Origin: Elusimicrobiota bacterium
Lineage (GTDB): Bacteria; Elusimicrobiota; UBA8919
Reading direction: 5' to 3'
NCBI GenBank assembly: GCA_016218625.1
Contig: JACRDL010000065.1
Span: forward strand, 1,521 to 65,520
Length of the DNA: 64,000 bases
This document shows positions 27,647 to 38,178 of this stretch, one piece after another. The notes under the pieces are model-generated. The model did not search any database and was not told the DNA's origin. It saw only the letters and a list, made by a program, of their open reading frames with translations. Position numbers and translations under genes: made by a program. How positions within the stretch are numbered: the first letter of the stretch is position 1; each line of letters opens with the position of its first letter.

Positions 27647-30600
27647 TTATTCTCCGAATAGTTGCTTAAATATGTTTTTTTTCTCGCTTCCTTTTGGTTT
27701 ATCAGTCTCTGCTTTTTTCTGCTGTTCTTTTAATTGCCATTCTATCCGTTTCTTTAACATCTCGTTTTCTTTAATTACTGCTTGATACTTAATCTGCCAA
27801 TGTGATTCACCTAATAGTAACTGTTTTTTAAATGATGTTATTTCTTTTTCTAAATCGTCGGTTTTTTTAACCAAGCGTTTTTTTTGTTCTTCTATCTCGT
27901 GCTGGACAACTTTTTCTACTTCTTTGTCTTTGTATTGTAATTTCTGGTTAAATTCTTTTCTTTCATCTTCAATTCTCTTTTTCCATGTTTCAATTTCCTG
28001 CTCCAGCGTAGATTCTACTGATTTTTTTTCTTGCTGAATATTATATATCTTTTCGTTCAGGACTATTCGCTCTTCATTCATTTTTTTGTGCGTCATTTCC
28101 AGTTCGGTTCCAAGTTGCTGGAGCCGGCTTACAAGTTGCTGTTCTCTCTGTTCCATTTTTTCGATATATTTGTCTTTCTCTTCTTGCTGATTTTTAAGCA
28201 TTTGCTGAAATTTCTGTTTCTCAGCACCGACTTCTTCTTTCAACTTTACTGCTTGTAATTGCTCTGTCTGCAATTGTTCCTTAACCGCTTTGAGCATCTG
28301 CTCGCGTTTTTCTATTCCAATCTGTAAATTAGAATCTTTCTGTACTATTTCTGTTCCTAATTCGCCCTGCCGTTTTATGCCTTCTTCTATAATACACTTT
28401 AATCTGTTTATCTCAGACCTTAACTCATCTATTGTCCGCTTCTTCTCTTCAAACCCTTTTTGCCACCGCTCGTCGTTTTGCTTAAATTCCTGTACGAGTG
28501 ATGCTTTATCTCTTTCAATATCATCTATTTTGTTTTTCAAACTATTCATCTTTCGTTCATTCTCTTCTTTCTCTATTTGATATTGTGCTGCCTTTTCACG
28601 TTCAGCCAAAATTATGCCGCCTAACTTGTTTAATCCTTCTCCTGCTCTACTTATCTCATCTTGTAATTGCTTTATCTTCTGTTCAAAACCCTGAACGATA
28701 GAACCCTTTTCTCTTTCAAAGTTATCTTGTTCCTCTGATAACTCTTTTTTTAACTGCGAACTCTCTAACTCAACTGATTGTAATTTCTCGCCCAGCAGTT
28801 TTATTGCTTGCTCTTTTTTTTGCATCTCGGTTTGAAGTTGGAAATTCTGCTGTAACATCTCTGTTTCTAATAATTTTTTTTCTTCTATCTTGCTCTCTAA
28901 ATTTTTCTCTAATTCCGCCGTTTTATTTTTTAATATATTTATCTCTTCCTGTTTTTTTTGTAAATTGGTTTGCAGTTCTTTTTCATTAGTAATTCTACTC
29001 GCTTCCCATTTAATTTGTTTTTCTTCTAATTGTTTATTTAATTTTCTTATTTCGTCTTCCTTAAAATTAAACTTTGTAATCCACTGATTATTATTTTCAA
29101 GAACTTGTTTTTTTAGAATATTGATTTCCACATCTTTGTTTTCTATCGTTGTTTTAAATTCCTTTATATTTATCTCTTTTTCATCAATGATATGTTGTTC
29201 AGTGTTTATTTTTTGCTGAAACACTGCGATTTCATTTTGTAATTGATGTATTTGTGTTAATAGTTTCTCTTTTTCACCCTTGAATTCAGTTTTTAATTCG
29301 GTTGCGTTTAACTGTTCCGTTTGTAATTGGTCGCCTAATGCTTTGATTATCTGGTCTCGCTTCTGAATTTCAATCTTTATCTGTGCATCCTTCTGTAACA
29401 TCTGTGACCCTAACTCGCCTTTTTGTTTGATATTTTCCTCTATCGTTTTCTTCAATTTATTTATTTCATTCCGTAATTCCTCTATTGTTTGCTTCTTCTC
29501 TTCAAACCCTTTTCGCCACCGCTCATCGTTCTGCTTAATCTCTTGTAAAAGTGTCTCTTTTTCCTGCCCCATCTTCACTATCTGTCCAGTCAAACGGCTT
29601 ATTTCTTTCTCTTTTGTTTCATGCTCTACACACCATTGCGAGACCTTCTGCACTAACTCCAAATCTAATTCTGCCCGTTGTTCGTCCAGTTTTTTTATCT
29701 TTACTTGCCAATCTCTGTTATGTTCTTCTAATGTTTTATTAAAGGTCTCACCCGCTTCTTTTATCTGTTTTTTTAATGTTTCTATCTCCAGTTCCTTTTG
29801 TTGAATCGTCGCCTGAAATTGAACCGTAAACTCGGCCTTCTCCTTTGTAGATTTCTCTCGCTCTTTAAAAATTAGTGCGTCTAACTTGTTTATGTCCGCT
29901 TTCTCACGCTCTAACTTTTCTTGTAATTGTTTCTCTCGCTCTTCAAAACTTTGTATAAGTGAACTTTTTTCTTTCTCAAATGAAGCCCGTAATTGTTTCT
30001 CTTTTTCATCGAATTTCTGGATCTTTTCGTTGAACTCTTTTTTTAACTGCGGACTCTCTAACTCAACTAATTGTAGTTTCTCGCCCAGCAATTTTATCGC
30101 TTGCTCTTTTTTCTGCAACTCGGTTTGAAGTTGGAATTTCTGCTGCAACATTTCCGTCTCTAACACGCTTTTTTCTTTTATTATAGCACCGAGATTTTTA
30201 TGTGTTTCGTTTAATTCTTTCCGCAGTTCATCAATTTCTTGCTGTCTGTTTTGTAGACCTTCCTGCCAGCGGGTTTCTTTTTGAACAAATTTTTCAATAA
30301 GTGAGTCCTTCTCTTTTTCAAAATTATCCTGCAACTCTGTTTCACGAATTCTGAGTTTTCCTAATGATTCAACCCGTATTTCTTCCCGCTGTCTATCCAG
30401 TTTTCTAATTTCGCCTTCTTTTAATTGAAATACATCCTGCCAGTTTTTGTTGTTCTCTAAAATCTGATTTTTCAGATTCTGGATTTCATTATTTTTATGT
30501 TTTATATTCTCCTCTAATTCTTCTATCTGTTGTCTGAATGGTATCTGTATGTTTTTAATTTCTGTTTCCGACTCCGCCAGTTTTTGGTTTATTTGAATCT

Positions 30601-30826
30601 GTTGCTCTTTAATTTTTTGAATCTCATCTGCCCAATGTGTTAGTTTTTCTTCTAATTCTTTAACTATATCTGACAGTATCCTTTTAATATTGGTGGCAAC
30701 TGCAAAGGCACGAATATCAGAATCTGTTTTCCCGATTATTCTTTCTTCAGTGTAACCAAAACCAGTTTTCATTTTGGTTTTTATTTCTGATAATAAAGCG
30801 TCTATTTCGTCCTTATATTTTTCCAT
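27647..30826 (-). CDS. 1059-aa E/K/Q-rich coiled-coil protein with a large internal duplication
   Basis: Almost entirely helical heptad composition; ETEMLQQxFQLQTExQKKEQAIKLLGEKLQ and QNDERWxKGFEEKKxTI each occur twice. Confidence 0.85.
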   Translation of the reverse strand: MEKYKDEIDALLSEIKTKMKTGFGYTEERIIGKTDSDIRAFAVATNIKRILSDIVKELEEKLTHWADEIQKIKEQQIQINQKLAESETEIKNIQIPFRQQIEELEENIKHKNNEIQNLKNQILENNKNWQDVFQLKEGEIRKLDRQREEIRVESLGKLRIRETELQDNFEKEKDSLIEKFVQKETRWQEGLQNRQQEIDELRKELNETHKNLGAIIKEKSVLETEMLQQKFQLQTELQKKEQAIKLLGEKLQLVELESPQLKKEFNEKIQKFDEKEKQLRASFEKEKSSLIQSFEEREKQLQEKLEREKADINKLDALIFKEREKSTKEKAEFTVQFQATIQQKELEIETLKKQIKEAGETFNKTLEEHNRDWQVKIKKLDEQRAELDLELVQKVSQWCVEHETKEKEISRLTGQIVKMGQEKETLLQEIKQNDERWRKGFEEKKQTIEELRNEINKLKKTIEENIKQKGELGSQMLQKDAQIKIEIQKRDQIIKALGDQLQTEQLNATELKTEFKGEKEKLLTQIHQLQNEIAVFQQKINTEQHIIDEKEINIKEFKTTIENKDVEINILKKQVLENNNQWITKFNFKEDEIRKLNKQLEEKQIKWEASRITNEKELQTNLQKKQEEINILKNKTAELEKNLESKIEEKKLLETEMLQQNFQLQTEMQKKEQAIKLLGEKLQSVELESSQLKKELSEEQDNFEREKGSIVQGFEQKIKQLQDEISRAGEGLNKLGGIILAEREKAAQYQIEKEENERKMNSLKNKIDDIERDKASLVQEFKQNDERWQKGFEEKKRTIDELRSEINRLKCIIEEGIKRQGELGTEIVQKDSNLQIGIEKREQMLKAVKEQLQTEQLQAVKLKEEVGAEKQKFQQMLKNQQEEKDKYIEKMEQREQQLVSRLQQLGTELEMTHKKMNEERIVLNEKIYNIQQEKKSVESTLEQEIETWKKRIEDERKEFNQKLQYKDKEVEKVVQHEIEEQKKRLVKKTDDLEKEITSFKKQLLLGESHWQIKYQAVIKENEMLKKRIEWQLKEQQKKAETDKPKGSEKKNIFKQLFGE

Positions 30827-30859
30827 ATCCTACATCCCCCAACACCCCTCTTGTTCTGT

Positions 30860-30996
30860 AACCACAGATTTCACGGATTTTCACAGATGACAACAAAGTT
30901 GTCATTGCGAGGGCAAAAGCCCGTGGCAATCCCATCATTAAAACCAAGATTGCTTCACTTCGTTCGCAATGACATTTCTTGTGTAATCTTGTGGTT
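30860..30996. repeat. Composite nested palindromic element
   Basis: aaccacagatttcacggattttcacagatgacaacaaagttgtcattgcgag...gttcgcaatgac...tgtggtt. Confidence 0.85.
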
Positions 30997-31026
30997 GCCA
31001 TTTTTTGCATTACAAAACTATCCCTT

Positions 31027-31404
31027 TTATTCGCCCAAGACCTGTTTTACTTTTGACCATAACTGTTCAATACTATATGGTTTTTCAAGAAAAGTATCTC
31101 CTTCTGTTTTCAGTGGGGGGAAAGCAAATACTTTGGACATAAATCCTTTAATCGTAGATATAATAACCGGTATATTTTTTGTTTTTTCATTTTCTTTCAG
31201 TTTTGTGTAGACAGTAAATCCATCCATCTTAGGCATCATAATATCTAAAATTATCAAATCCGGTAGATGTTCCTGGGCTTGTTTCAATCCTTCCTCGCCA
31301 TTTCTTGCAATAAGTATTTCATAGCCAGCAATCTCTAAACTGGTCTTCAGAAGTTCTACAGTTTCTTCAGTATCGTCACAAAGTAATACAAGTTTTTTAG
31401 CCAT
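31027..31404 (-). CDS. Single-domain response regulator (CheY-like)
   Basis: LLCDD, LDIMMPKMDG, IPVIIST, EKPY; overlaps the acsC stop. Confidence 0.9.
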   Translation of the reverse strand: MAKKLVLLCDDTEETVELLKTSLEIAGYEILIARNGEEGLKQAQEHLPDLIILDIMMPKMDGFTVYTKLKENEKTKNIPVIISTIKGFMSKVFAFPPLKTEGDTFLEKPYSIEQLWSKVKQVLGE

Positions 31405-32719
31405 TTTGCTTCCAAACCGTTTTCAGATATTTTGGAATGCCTGATGCCTCTTTCGGACCGACGAGCACCTGCCAGCCGGTAGTATCTTCAAGTTTCCCGC
31501 TCATAACCGAAACATAACCGGGAATGATTATTTTTTTATGGCTGACTTTATTTGCAACTTCTGTTTTTTTCATCCAGGTATCAACGATTTCAGCATTGAA
31601 CTTGTCTGCAGCCCATGCGGTTAAAACCGACATACCCTCAGCATCGCAAACCAAAAGCCACGCCGGAATTTTTGAGTTCTCTATTTCAGGTGAGACGGTA
31701 AAAAATGTTAAAGAAAAATTTGTAGTAACCAAAAGCGGCGATTTATCGTCGGGTGTACCGATAGAATAAAGTTTGGGCTCCATCATTATTGGTTTTTGTG
31801 GGTCGGTGTAAATATTCAGACGAAGCGTAACCAGAGGCAGAATTTCTTCGACTTTGTCCATCTCAACGACGAGCACACCTGCGTATTTTACGATGTAGGT
31901 AGATGCTTCAAAGGCATCGTTTGCAAATGCGATTAAAGGATAACCGAGCGGCCTAAAATTTTTTTTCAATGCAAAACGCCTGGCTTGAGTAAAATCCTGA
32001 ACGCATTTTGAAACATCGCGGCAGCTCAAGTCAAGCACAATGTCCTTAACTCCCGCCGATGAAACCTTCTGCGAAAGAGCAGCTGTTTCTTCAATATTTT
32101 TTCCGCAAACACACAGAGGAATATTATATTTTTTTGCGAGCGCGGTCATCTGCTCGGAATTTTTTTCGTTTGCGCAATAGATAAGCGGCCTTTTTTGCGA
32201 AAGATTTTTTAGTGCTTCATCAATTGCCACCGGGTTTTCGCTGATTAAAACAAGAGGCAGTCCGGTTTTTTCGGATAACTCTTTTGAGACCGAAGCGAAT
32301 TTTTCGGCATTATTTGTTTCATTTTTTACGGCAATCATATCAACGCCAACCATCATTCCCACCCGTTCAAAATTCAATTTTTTTATTCTTTCAATTTTTG
32401 CTGAAAGATTTTGTTCATTGTCTGAAATTGAAACAGCAATCGCCGTTGGATGAAAGAAAGTTTTTTCGTGCCTGAACAGAACCGTTTCGCCGCCGACTTC
32501 AACTTTTCTATCACCCTCTCCGATAGTAATCGTTGCCATTGGCGGAAGTGAAGCGGACTCCAATAGTTGTTTTGCTTGTTCGCTTACATCCGGGCATTTT
32601 GACAGTTCTGTTTTTTTTCCGGCGAGCGCCATCGCAAACGCAAGACAGGTCGGAAACCCGCATTTTTTACAATTTGTTTTAGGTAAATTTTTGTAAATAT
32701 CAAGCCCCGACAGTGCCAT
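31397..32719 (-). CDS. acsC: Corrinoid Fe-S protein large subunit
   Basis: LPKTNCKKCGFPTCLAFA, YTDPQKP, TTNFSLTF, SVLTAWAA. Confidence 0.96.
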   Translation of the reverse strand: MALSGLDIYKNLPKTNCKKCGFPTCLAFAMALAGKKTELSKCPDVSEQAKQLLESASLPPMATITIGEGDRKVEVGGETVLFRHEKTFFHPTAIAVSISDNEQNLSAKIERIKKLNFERVGMMVGVDMIAVKNETNNAEKFASVSKELSEKTGLPLVLISENPVAIDEALKNLSQKRPLIYCANEKNSEQMTALAKKYNIPLCVCGKNIEETAALSQKVSSAGVKDIVLDLSCRDVSKCVQDFTQARRFALKKNFRPLGYPLIAFANDAFEASTYIVKYAGVLVVEMDKVEEILPLVTLRLNIYTDPQKPIMMEPKLYSIGTPDDKSPLLVTTNFSLTFFTVSPEIENSKIPAWLLVCDAEGMSVLTAWAADKFNAEIVDTWMKKTEVANKVSHKKIIIPGYVSVMSGKLEDTTGWQVLVGPKEASGIPKYLKTVWKQNG

Positions 32720-32748
32720 AAAATTCCTCCGTTAATTAAGTAATTATA

Positions 32749-33618
32749 TTATTCTGAAAAATACTTTGATAACTTTTCCTTTAGTAAGTCATATAATCTT
32801 TTATATGGAGTTGTATTTTGAGAATTGAAAAACTCTAATAATAATTTTAGAGTTTTACCTTCTCTGAAAATCACTTTAATAATACCCTCTTCCCACAATT
32901 TTTCATTTTCCAAAATTTTACGCCAATATCTCAATTCTAATTCTTTTAATTCTTCAAAACTTTTAAGGGGTTCTTTGTCGCAATTAACTTCTGGAATTTC
33001 TGGCAAATCTTTTTTCCATTGTTTCAACCATAAAAGCATGTCGTCCCACATTTTTGGATTTTTTAGGTATTCAAAAAATTCTTCTCCATAAAATAATTTA
33101 ACTTCAATATCATAAAAGGAACTTAATCTTGTTATCTCTTGTTCATAAAAATTTTTATTTTTTGAAAGATCTGGGTCAATAAAATACATAATTCCTGTCA
33201 ATTGTTTTCCATGTTTTTTATAAAGAATTTCTAATTTTGTTTCAAAATTTGAAATTTGACCCCGTTTTTTAGTTGAGTCGTGGTCATCTCTTACTTTCTG
33301 TTCAACAAAATAAATTTTATTTAACTTGCTAAAATATTGGTCTATTGATAAATTTTCGCCTTTTTCATTAGTAATATTCTTATCAAGTATTGTATAATCC
33401 CAATCTCTTAAAATTTTTTTAATTAATTCTTCAAGTGCATCGCCAAATCTAATTTCGTGTGACTGTAACAAATTCTGAAGAACTTTTGTTCCCGGTTTTG
33501 TAGGTCTGAATAAACCAATAAATCGTTCTGGCCAATCTGCAATCTTTTTTAACAACTCATTCTTTTCTTTACTAAACAAATGCTCATTCAAAATTTTAGC
33601 AAAATTTTCATAATTCAT
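32749..33618 (-). CDS. Type II restriction endonuclease (HpyAIV-like, probably GANTC)
   Basis: PERFIGLFRPTKP, SHEIRFGDALE, EQKVRDDHDSTKKRGQ; directly downstream of the methyltransferase; visibly AT-rich. Confidence 0.75.
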   Translation of the reverse strand: MNYENFAKILNEHLFSKEKNELLKKIADWPERFIGLFRPTKPGTKVLQNLLQSHEIRFGDALEELIKKILRDWDYTILDKNITNEKGENLSIDQYFSKLNKIYFVEQKVRDDHDSTKKRGQISNFETKLEILYKKHGKQLTGIMYFIDPDLSKNKNFYEQEITRLSSFYDIEVKLFYGEEFFEYLKNPKMWDDMLLWLKQWKKDLPEIPEVNCDKEPLKSFEELKELELRYWRKILENEKLWEEGIIKVIFREGKTLKLLLEFFNSQNTTPYKRLYDLLKEKLSKYFSE

Positions 33619-33635
33619 AATAAATCACCCCTCAA

Positions 33636-34535
33636 CTATGTTTTTACTAATATTTTATTTTCACTCTTTCTACTAACAAACAAGTCATCATCTAATTCTT
33701 TTAATCGTTTATTTATAACTTCAATATATTTATGTTCTTTTTCAATCATTATGTAATTTCTTCCAAATTTTTTGGCTATATATCCTGTCGTGCCTGTACC
33801 CGCAAATGGGTCTAACACAATATCGCCTTCTTTACTCGTTGCTAAAATAATTCTGGTAAGTAACTTTTCTGGCTTTTGCGTGGAATGAACTTTTTGACCG
33901 TTTTCATCTTTTATTCTTTCATCACCGGTACAAAGTGAAAAATACCAATCACTTCTCATCTGTTTCCCGTTATTCATTTCTTTCATCAATTTATAATTAA
34001 ACGTATATTTTTTGGAATATTTGTCCTTTGTCGCCCAAATAAGTGTTTCATGTGCATTAGTAAAACGAACCCCACGAAAATTTGGCATCGGATTTGTTTT
34101 TATCCATACAACATCATTTAATATCCAAAATCCTAAATCTTGCATCACTTTTCCAACTCTAAAAATATTATGATATGCACCAATAACCCAGATTGTACCT
34201 GTTTTTTTGAGAATCCGTTGACATTCATATAACCAATTTTTGATAAATTCATCATATTCCTCAAAACTGCCAAATTTATCCCAATTATCATTAACTCCAT
34301 TAACAATTGAATTATTTGGTCTTATTAGAATATTTTGTAACTGTAAATTGTACGGTGGGTCGGCAAAAATCAAATCAATAGAATTATCAGGAATTGCTTT
34401 CATTACTTCAGTACAATTACCTTCAATAATTTTATTTGTGAAATCACTAACATTCTTTGTAAATGTTTTTGCATCGTAAATCACAATATTACTTTTCATT
34501 AACAACGGCTTTTTTCCTTTTTTCTTTTTATACAT
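33636..34535 (-). CDS. Beta-class N6-adenine DNA methyltransferase (M.HinfI/CcrM-like)
   Basis: [59 protein letters not shown]. Confidence 0.92.
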   Translation of the reverse strand: MYKKKKGKKPLLMKSNIVIYDAKTFTKNVSDFTNKIIEGNCTEVMKAIPDNSIDLIFADPPYNLQLQNILIRPNNSIVNGVNDNWDKFGSFEEYDEFIKNWLYECQRILKKTGTIWVIGAYHNIFRVGKVMQDLGFWILNDVVWIKTNPMPNFRGVRFTNAHETLIWATKDKYSKKYTFNYKLMKEMNNGKQMRSDWYFSLCTGDERIKDENGQKVHSTQKPEKLLTRIILATSKEGDIVLDPFAGTGTTGYIAKKFGRNYIMIEKEHKYIEVINKRLKELDDDLFVSRKSENKILVKT

Positions 34536-34585
34536 TTTATTTCCTTTTTATATCTTCAAATCTGTTTCGCATTTTTTAGATTTAA

Positions 34586-34666
34586 GCAAGCCAAGGGCTT
34601 GCAACTACAATTAATGGGCGAATAAATTCGCCACTACATTCATTGGCGAGAAAACCTCGCAACTAC
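34586..34666 (-). repeat. Three tandem GTAG-hairpin REP-like units
   Basis: gcaagcc-aag-ggcttgc-aactac; ggcgaat-aa-attcgcc-actac; gcgag-aaaac-ctcgc-aactac. The last GTAG contains the acsB TAG stop. Confidence 0.75.
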
Positions 34667-36840
34667 ATTAAGGGCTCTATTGTAAGTGCCGGATGGTTCA
34701 CTTTCTGTAAAAATTCTAAAAGTTTTTCGGTGTCAGTCGCAATTGTTTCATCTGCAATTTTGTCAAGAAAATCCGGGATATCTTCTTCTTCGCTGCGCTT
34801 TTTAAGTTTCCCGGAAATTGCTTCTTTAAGTTCTTTCGGCATCCATACAATTCTTTTTAATCCGCCGTCGGCTTTTATGAATTTTTTAGATGTGATATAA
34901 AGCCGTCCGAAACCCATAAATCCAGGTGTTTGATTCCCGCCGCCGACGGAACCGGCAAGAGTGGAAAATGTCATCCCGAGCGGCGTCATTCCCGAATACT
35001 CGCGGTTGACAACCATAAATCCGTTCGCCTCGGGAACAATAGCCCCTATGCACTCAAAACAACCGCAACTTGTCTCAGGCCAGGTCATAATTGAGTATCC
35101 GTGAAATCGTTCAAGATGACCGTTTGATTTTATTTTCACCCAATCGTTAATGCCCTGCCATTCGCCGCGAGATTCATCAAGCATCGTGCCTTTTTTCACC
35201 GGCTGGTTAGGACCTGTCGGATTTATCTCAAAAGACGCTTTACAGTCAAGCCAATTGTAAGCGCCGCAAAGCCCGAGACGCTCCGGTTTTACGATGCACA
35301 GATGATTTGGCGCAAACGATTGACAAAGCGTACAGGAATAAAATGTATCAACCGATTCGTCGGTCATAGCGCCAATTCTTTCGTCGCGAAATTTATATGA
35401 TTCACGGGCAGAAGGTAAAAGTTTTTCTATATCCTCTTGTTTTGTATAAATTATTACCCGAACTTTGTCAACTATCGCTCCAAAAACCTCGTGAACTCTC
35501 GCGTGGATTATAGTGCCGAGGTGTTTCAACTTAAAGCCCTTTGATTTTGCTTCTTTGGAAATCCTCAGCCATATCAGATCTCGCTGGCCGGTATGCATTA
35601 TTCCCTGCGCCTCGTTCAAAAATGTATGAATCTGCCTTTCAACAATTGACTCAAACTCTTTCTGCATTTTTCTGCCGGCAACTTCAACATAAATTCCCAA
35701 CGGAACTGCAGAACCTTCTTGAACATCATCAATTTCATGACCTATAACTTCAAATTTACCGTCTTCAATCTCGTCAGTATTTTTCATCGTTGCATATTCA
35801 AATGCTGTTGAGTACCTGCTTCCTGCTTCAAGATATGTCTGAGTTTTGCGAATTCTTTCACCTTCAAATGCTGCGGAATATGCAACAGGAATCGGTATTT
35901 CTGAAACCTTTACTTTTACACCTCTAACCTCAATACATCTTGGAACGATTTTTTTGTAATCAAGTTCGGAAACCAGATGTTCATATGTGCAAATACCGGT
36001 CGGCAAAATTTCAGGAATATCAGTATCGGCAATTATTGGAAATCCCATGTTTATTGCGCCGGCGCCGGTCGCATATTTAATATCATCAATTTCGCCGAGT
36101 GTAACTCCGAATGCAAAAACTCTGTCCTTACAGTACTTTAAACATTTTAATGCTTCGCCTTTTTTATGACCGCCGAAAGTAAGTGCTCCTCTGATAGCCC
36201 AGTTGAGAGGATAAATTCCTGTGATTGTATCTCTGCCGTAGGGAACTATGTAATTATCCCAGCCCATCTCCACATTTTCCTGTTTTAATTGGTCTATTAT
36301 AGAAACGCCGTTTGTGGAAGAACCGACGAAAGTGAGAATCTGCCTTTTCTGAAACTCACGAACGATTTCAACGGCTGTCTTGTTATCGGGTGCGGCACCC
36401 AAAATCGCGGCGAAACCCGCCATCCTTCCGTCAACGAGCTGAATTCCCAACTGCCTTAAAATCGTGTCTGAAAAAAATCCAACGCAGTCGGGTTGGGGTT
36501 CCTGTCCGTAAAGGTAGCGAAGTCCGACAATGATTTCCTCGGCAAGAATCGCTGCGACACCGGAGTCAAGAGCGTCGCCTAAATAAGGAAACCAAATTTG
36601 CTCGGTGGGCTCGTTATGCAAAAGCGACTTTGCTTCCTGCAAAACAGATTTGATATCGCCGAGCGTTTTCACTTCTACGCCCATAAGTGCATATGCCATC
36701 GGAAAATAATACGCCGTATCCGGAAACTCTATTTTCTGCGATTCGCCTTTCTCGGCGATTGCTTTGTTTAAAAAATCCTCAGCATCCTTAACAATTTTTT
36801 GGGCGCCTCTTATCGCAGCAGTAGCAACAATTTTTGACAT
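34663..36840 (-). CDS. acsB: Acetyl-CoA synthase
   Basis: FPDTAYYFP, YSCTLCQSFAP, PERLGLCGA, TSCGCFEC, GGGNQTPGFMG. Confidence 0.97.
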   Translation of the reverse strand: MSKIVATAAIRGAQKIVKDAEDFLNKAIAEKGESQKIEFPDTAYYFPMAYALMGVEVKTLGDIKSVLQEAKSLLHNEPTEQIWFPYLGDALDSGVAAILAEEIIVGLRYLYGQEPQPDCVGFFSDTILRQLGIQLVDGRMAGFAAILGAAPDNKTAVEIVREFQKRQILTFVGSSTNGVSIIDQLKQENVEMGWDNYIVPYGRDTITGIYPLNWAIRGALTFGGHKKGEALKCLKYCKDRVFAFGVTLGEIDDIKYATGAGAINMGFPIIADTDIPEILPTGICTYEHLVSELDYKKIVPRCIEVRGVKVKVSEIPIPVAYSAAFEGERIRKTQTYLEAGSRYSTAFEYATMKNTDEIEDGKFEVIGHEIDDVQEGSAVPLGIYVEVAGRKMQKEFESIVERQIHTFLNEAQGIMHTGQRDLIWLRISKEAKSKGFKLKHLGTIIHARVHEVFGAIVDKVRVIIYTKQEDIEKLLPSARESYKFRDERIGAMTDESVDTFYSCTLCQSFAPNHLCIVKPERLGLCGAYNWLDCKASFEINPTGPNQPVKKGTMLDESRGEWQGINDWVKIKSNGHLERFHGYSIMTWPETSCGCFECIGAIVPEANGFMVVNREYSGMTPLGMTFSTLAGSVGGGNQTPGFMGFGRLYITSKKFIKADGGLKRIVWMPKELKEAISGKLKKRSEEEDIPDFLDKIADETIATDTEKLLEFLQKVNHPALTIEPLM

Positions 36841-36854
36841 CTCGGGACCTCCGG

Positions 36855-38177
36855 TTAAATTAAAATTTCGCTGTATTCTTTTTCGGCAAATTCGCTTTTA
36901 TATTGCTTAATTAACGGTATTATCTTTGCAAAATCAAAATTATTCCCCATCATAACCTCTTTTATTGACGAGACATTTATTTTTTTCTTAAGAAGCAAAC
37001 CGAAAATGCCCGACTTATCAACATCTTTTACAAGAACAAACCCGACAATTTTATTATCTTTAAGAATGATTTTCCTATAAATGCTACTTGCAATATTTTT
37101 TCTGACCAGTATTTCATATTCCTCACCTTTCGGTTTTGTTATTCCGCAAGAAATTGTCGGAAGTTCAAAAAATTCTACAGAGTTCATACTAATCGAGCCG
37201 TCATATTTTATGTTTTTTTCGACCATATTAAACCCCGCGATTTTTCCCTGAATAACGGCATTTGGCCAGAGTGCATTTATTGTACTTTCCCCTGTAATCA
37301 AATCGTTTGCCTGTGCGACATCGCCGGCAGCATAAATATCGGAAACAGTTGTTCTTAAATAATCATTTACAACAATTCCCTTCTCGGTTTTAATTTCAGT
37401 GTTTTTTACAAGTTCCATATTTGCCTGAACGCCTTTGCCGATGATTACAATTTGGCAATCAATTTTTTCGCCATTTTCAAGAACAACTCCGGAAACACTA
37501 TTCGCTTCGCTCACCCCCGAATGAATTCGGGGGCTACATTTGTTGCCTAAAATCTCTTTTGCAGCAAGACCGGTTAGAACCTTAATCCCTTCCTTTTCAA
37601 TTTTATCCTGAATAAATTTTGCGCCCTCTTCGTCAAGCATCTGCGAAAGAACATGCTTTGACTTAACAACAACTGTTACTTTTATTCCCCGTTTGTGCAG
37701 AGCATATGCCGCGCGAAGACCTATGAGTCCTCCGCCGAGCATAACTGCCGCCTTGGAATTTTGCAGTCGTTTTTCTATTTTTCTTGCATCATCTATGTTC
37801 CTTAACCCAAATACCCCTTCCTTTTCAATCCCCGGAATTTTTTCCATCTTTGAACGCGAACCGGTTGCAATTAAAAGTTTGTCAAATGTCAAAACACTAC
37901 CATCAGAAAGTTTAACCTTTTTGTCCGATGACATAACCGCATCAACCTTTTTTCCAATAATTGCATTGACATTGAATTTCCTGTAAAAATCATCTTCCCT
38001 GTATTTAAGTTTTCCCTCGGGGATTATTCCCGCAAGATAGTATGAAAGCATGCATCTTGAATAAACCGGATAATTTTCGTCGGAAACGACTGTGATTTTT
38101 CCTTCCATATCAATTGACCTTATCGCTTCAACACAAGAAATACCGGCGGCACTTGCACCGATTATCAAATAATTCAT
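36855..38177 (-). CDS. FAD/NAD(P)-dependent oxidoreductase (CODH-associated FNOR type)
   Basis: IIGASAAG, PVYSRC, LLIATGS, GGGLIG, YAAGDVA. Confidence 0.88.
   Translation of the reverse strand: MNYLIIGASAAGISCVEAIRSIDMEGKITVVSDENYPVYSRCMLSYYLAGIIPEGKLKYREDDFYRKFNVNAIIGKKVDAVMSSDKKVKLSDGSVLTFDKLLIATGSRSKMEKIPGIEKEGVFGLRNIDDARKIEKRLQNSKAAVMLGGGLIGLRAAYALHKRGIKVTVVVKSKHVLSQMLDEEGAKFIQDKIEKEGIKVLTGLAAKEILGNKCSPRIHSGVSEANSVSGVVLENGEKIDCQIVIIGKGVQANMELVKNTEIKTEKGIVVNDYLRTTVSDIYAAGDVAQANDLITGESTINALWPNAVIQGKIAGFNMVEKNIKYDGSISMNSVEFFELPTISCGITKPKGEEYEILVRKNIASSIYRKIILKDNKIVGFVLVKDVDKSGIFGLLLKKKINVSSIKEVMMGNNFDFAKIIPLIKQYKSEFAEKEYSEILI
37502..37537 (-). repeat. 36-nt GTAG-hairpin element in frame within the oxidoreductase
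   Basis: tcgcttcgctcacccccgaatgaattcgggggctac, encoding SPRIHSGVSEA; identical at 56311-56346. Confidence 0.92.
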
Positions 38178-38178
38178 T

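Noticed and set aside
27647..30826. SMC or phage tape-measure protein
   Set aside because: No Walker A/B motif or hinge, no TM segments and no phage genes nearby.
33636..34535. Orphan cell-cycle methylase CcrM
   Set aside because: It is paired with a restriction endonuclease gene in an AT-rich insert, which fits an R-M system better.
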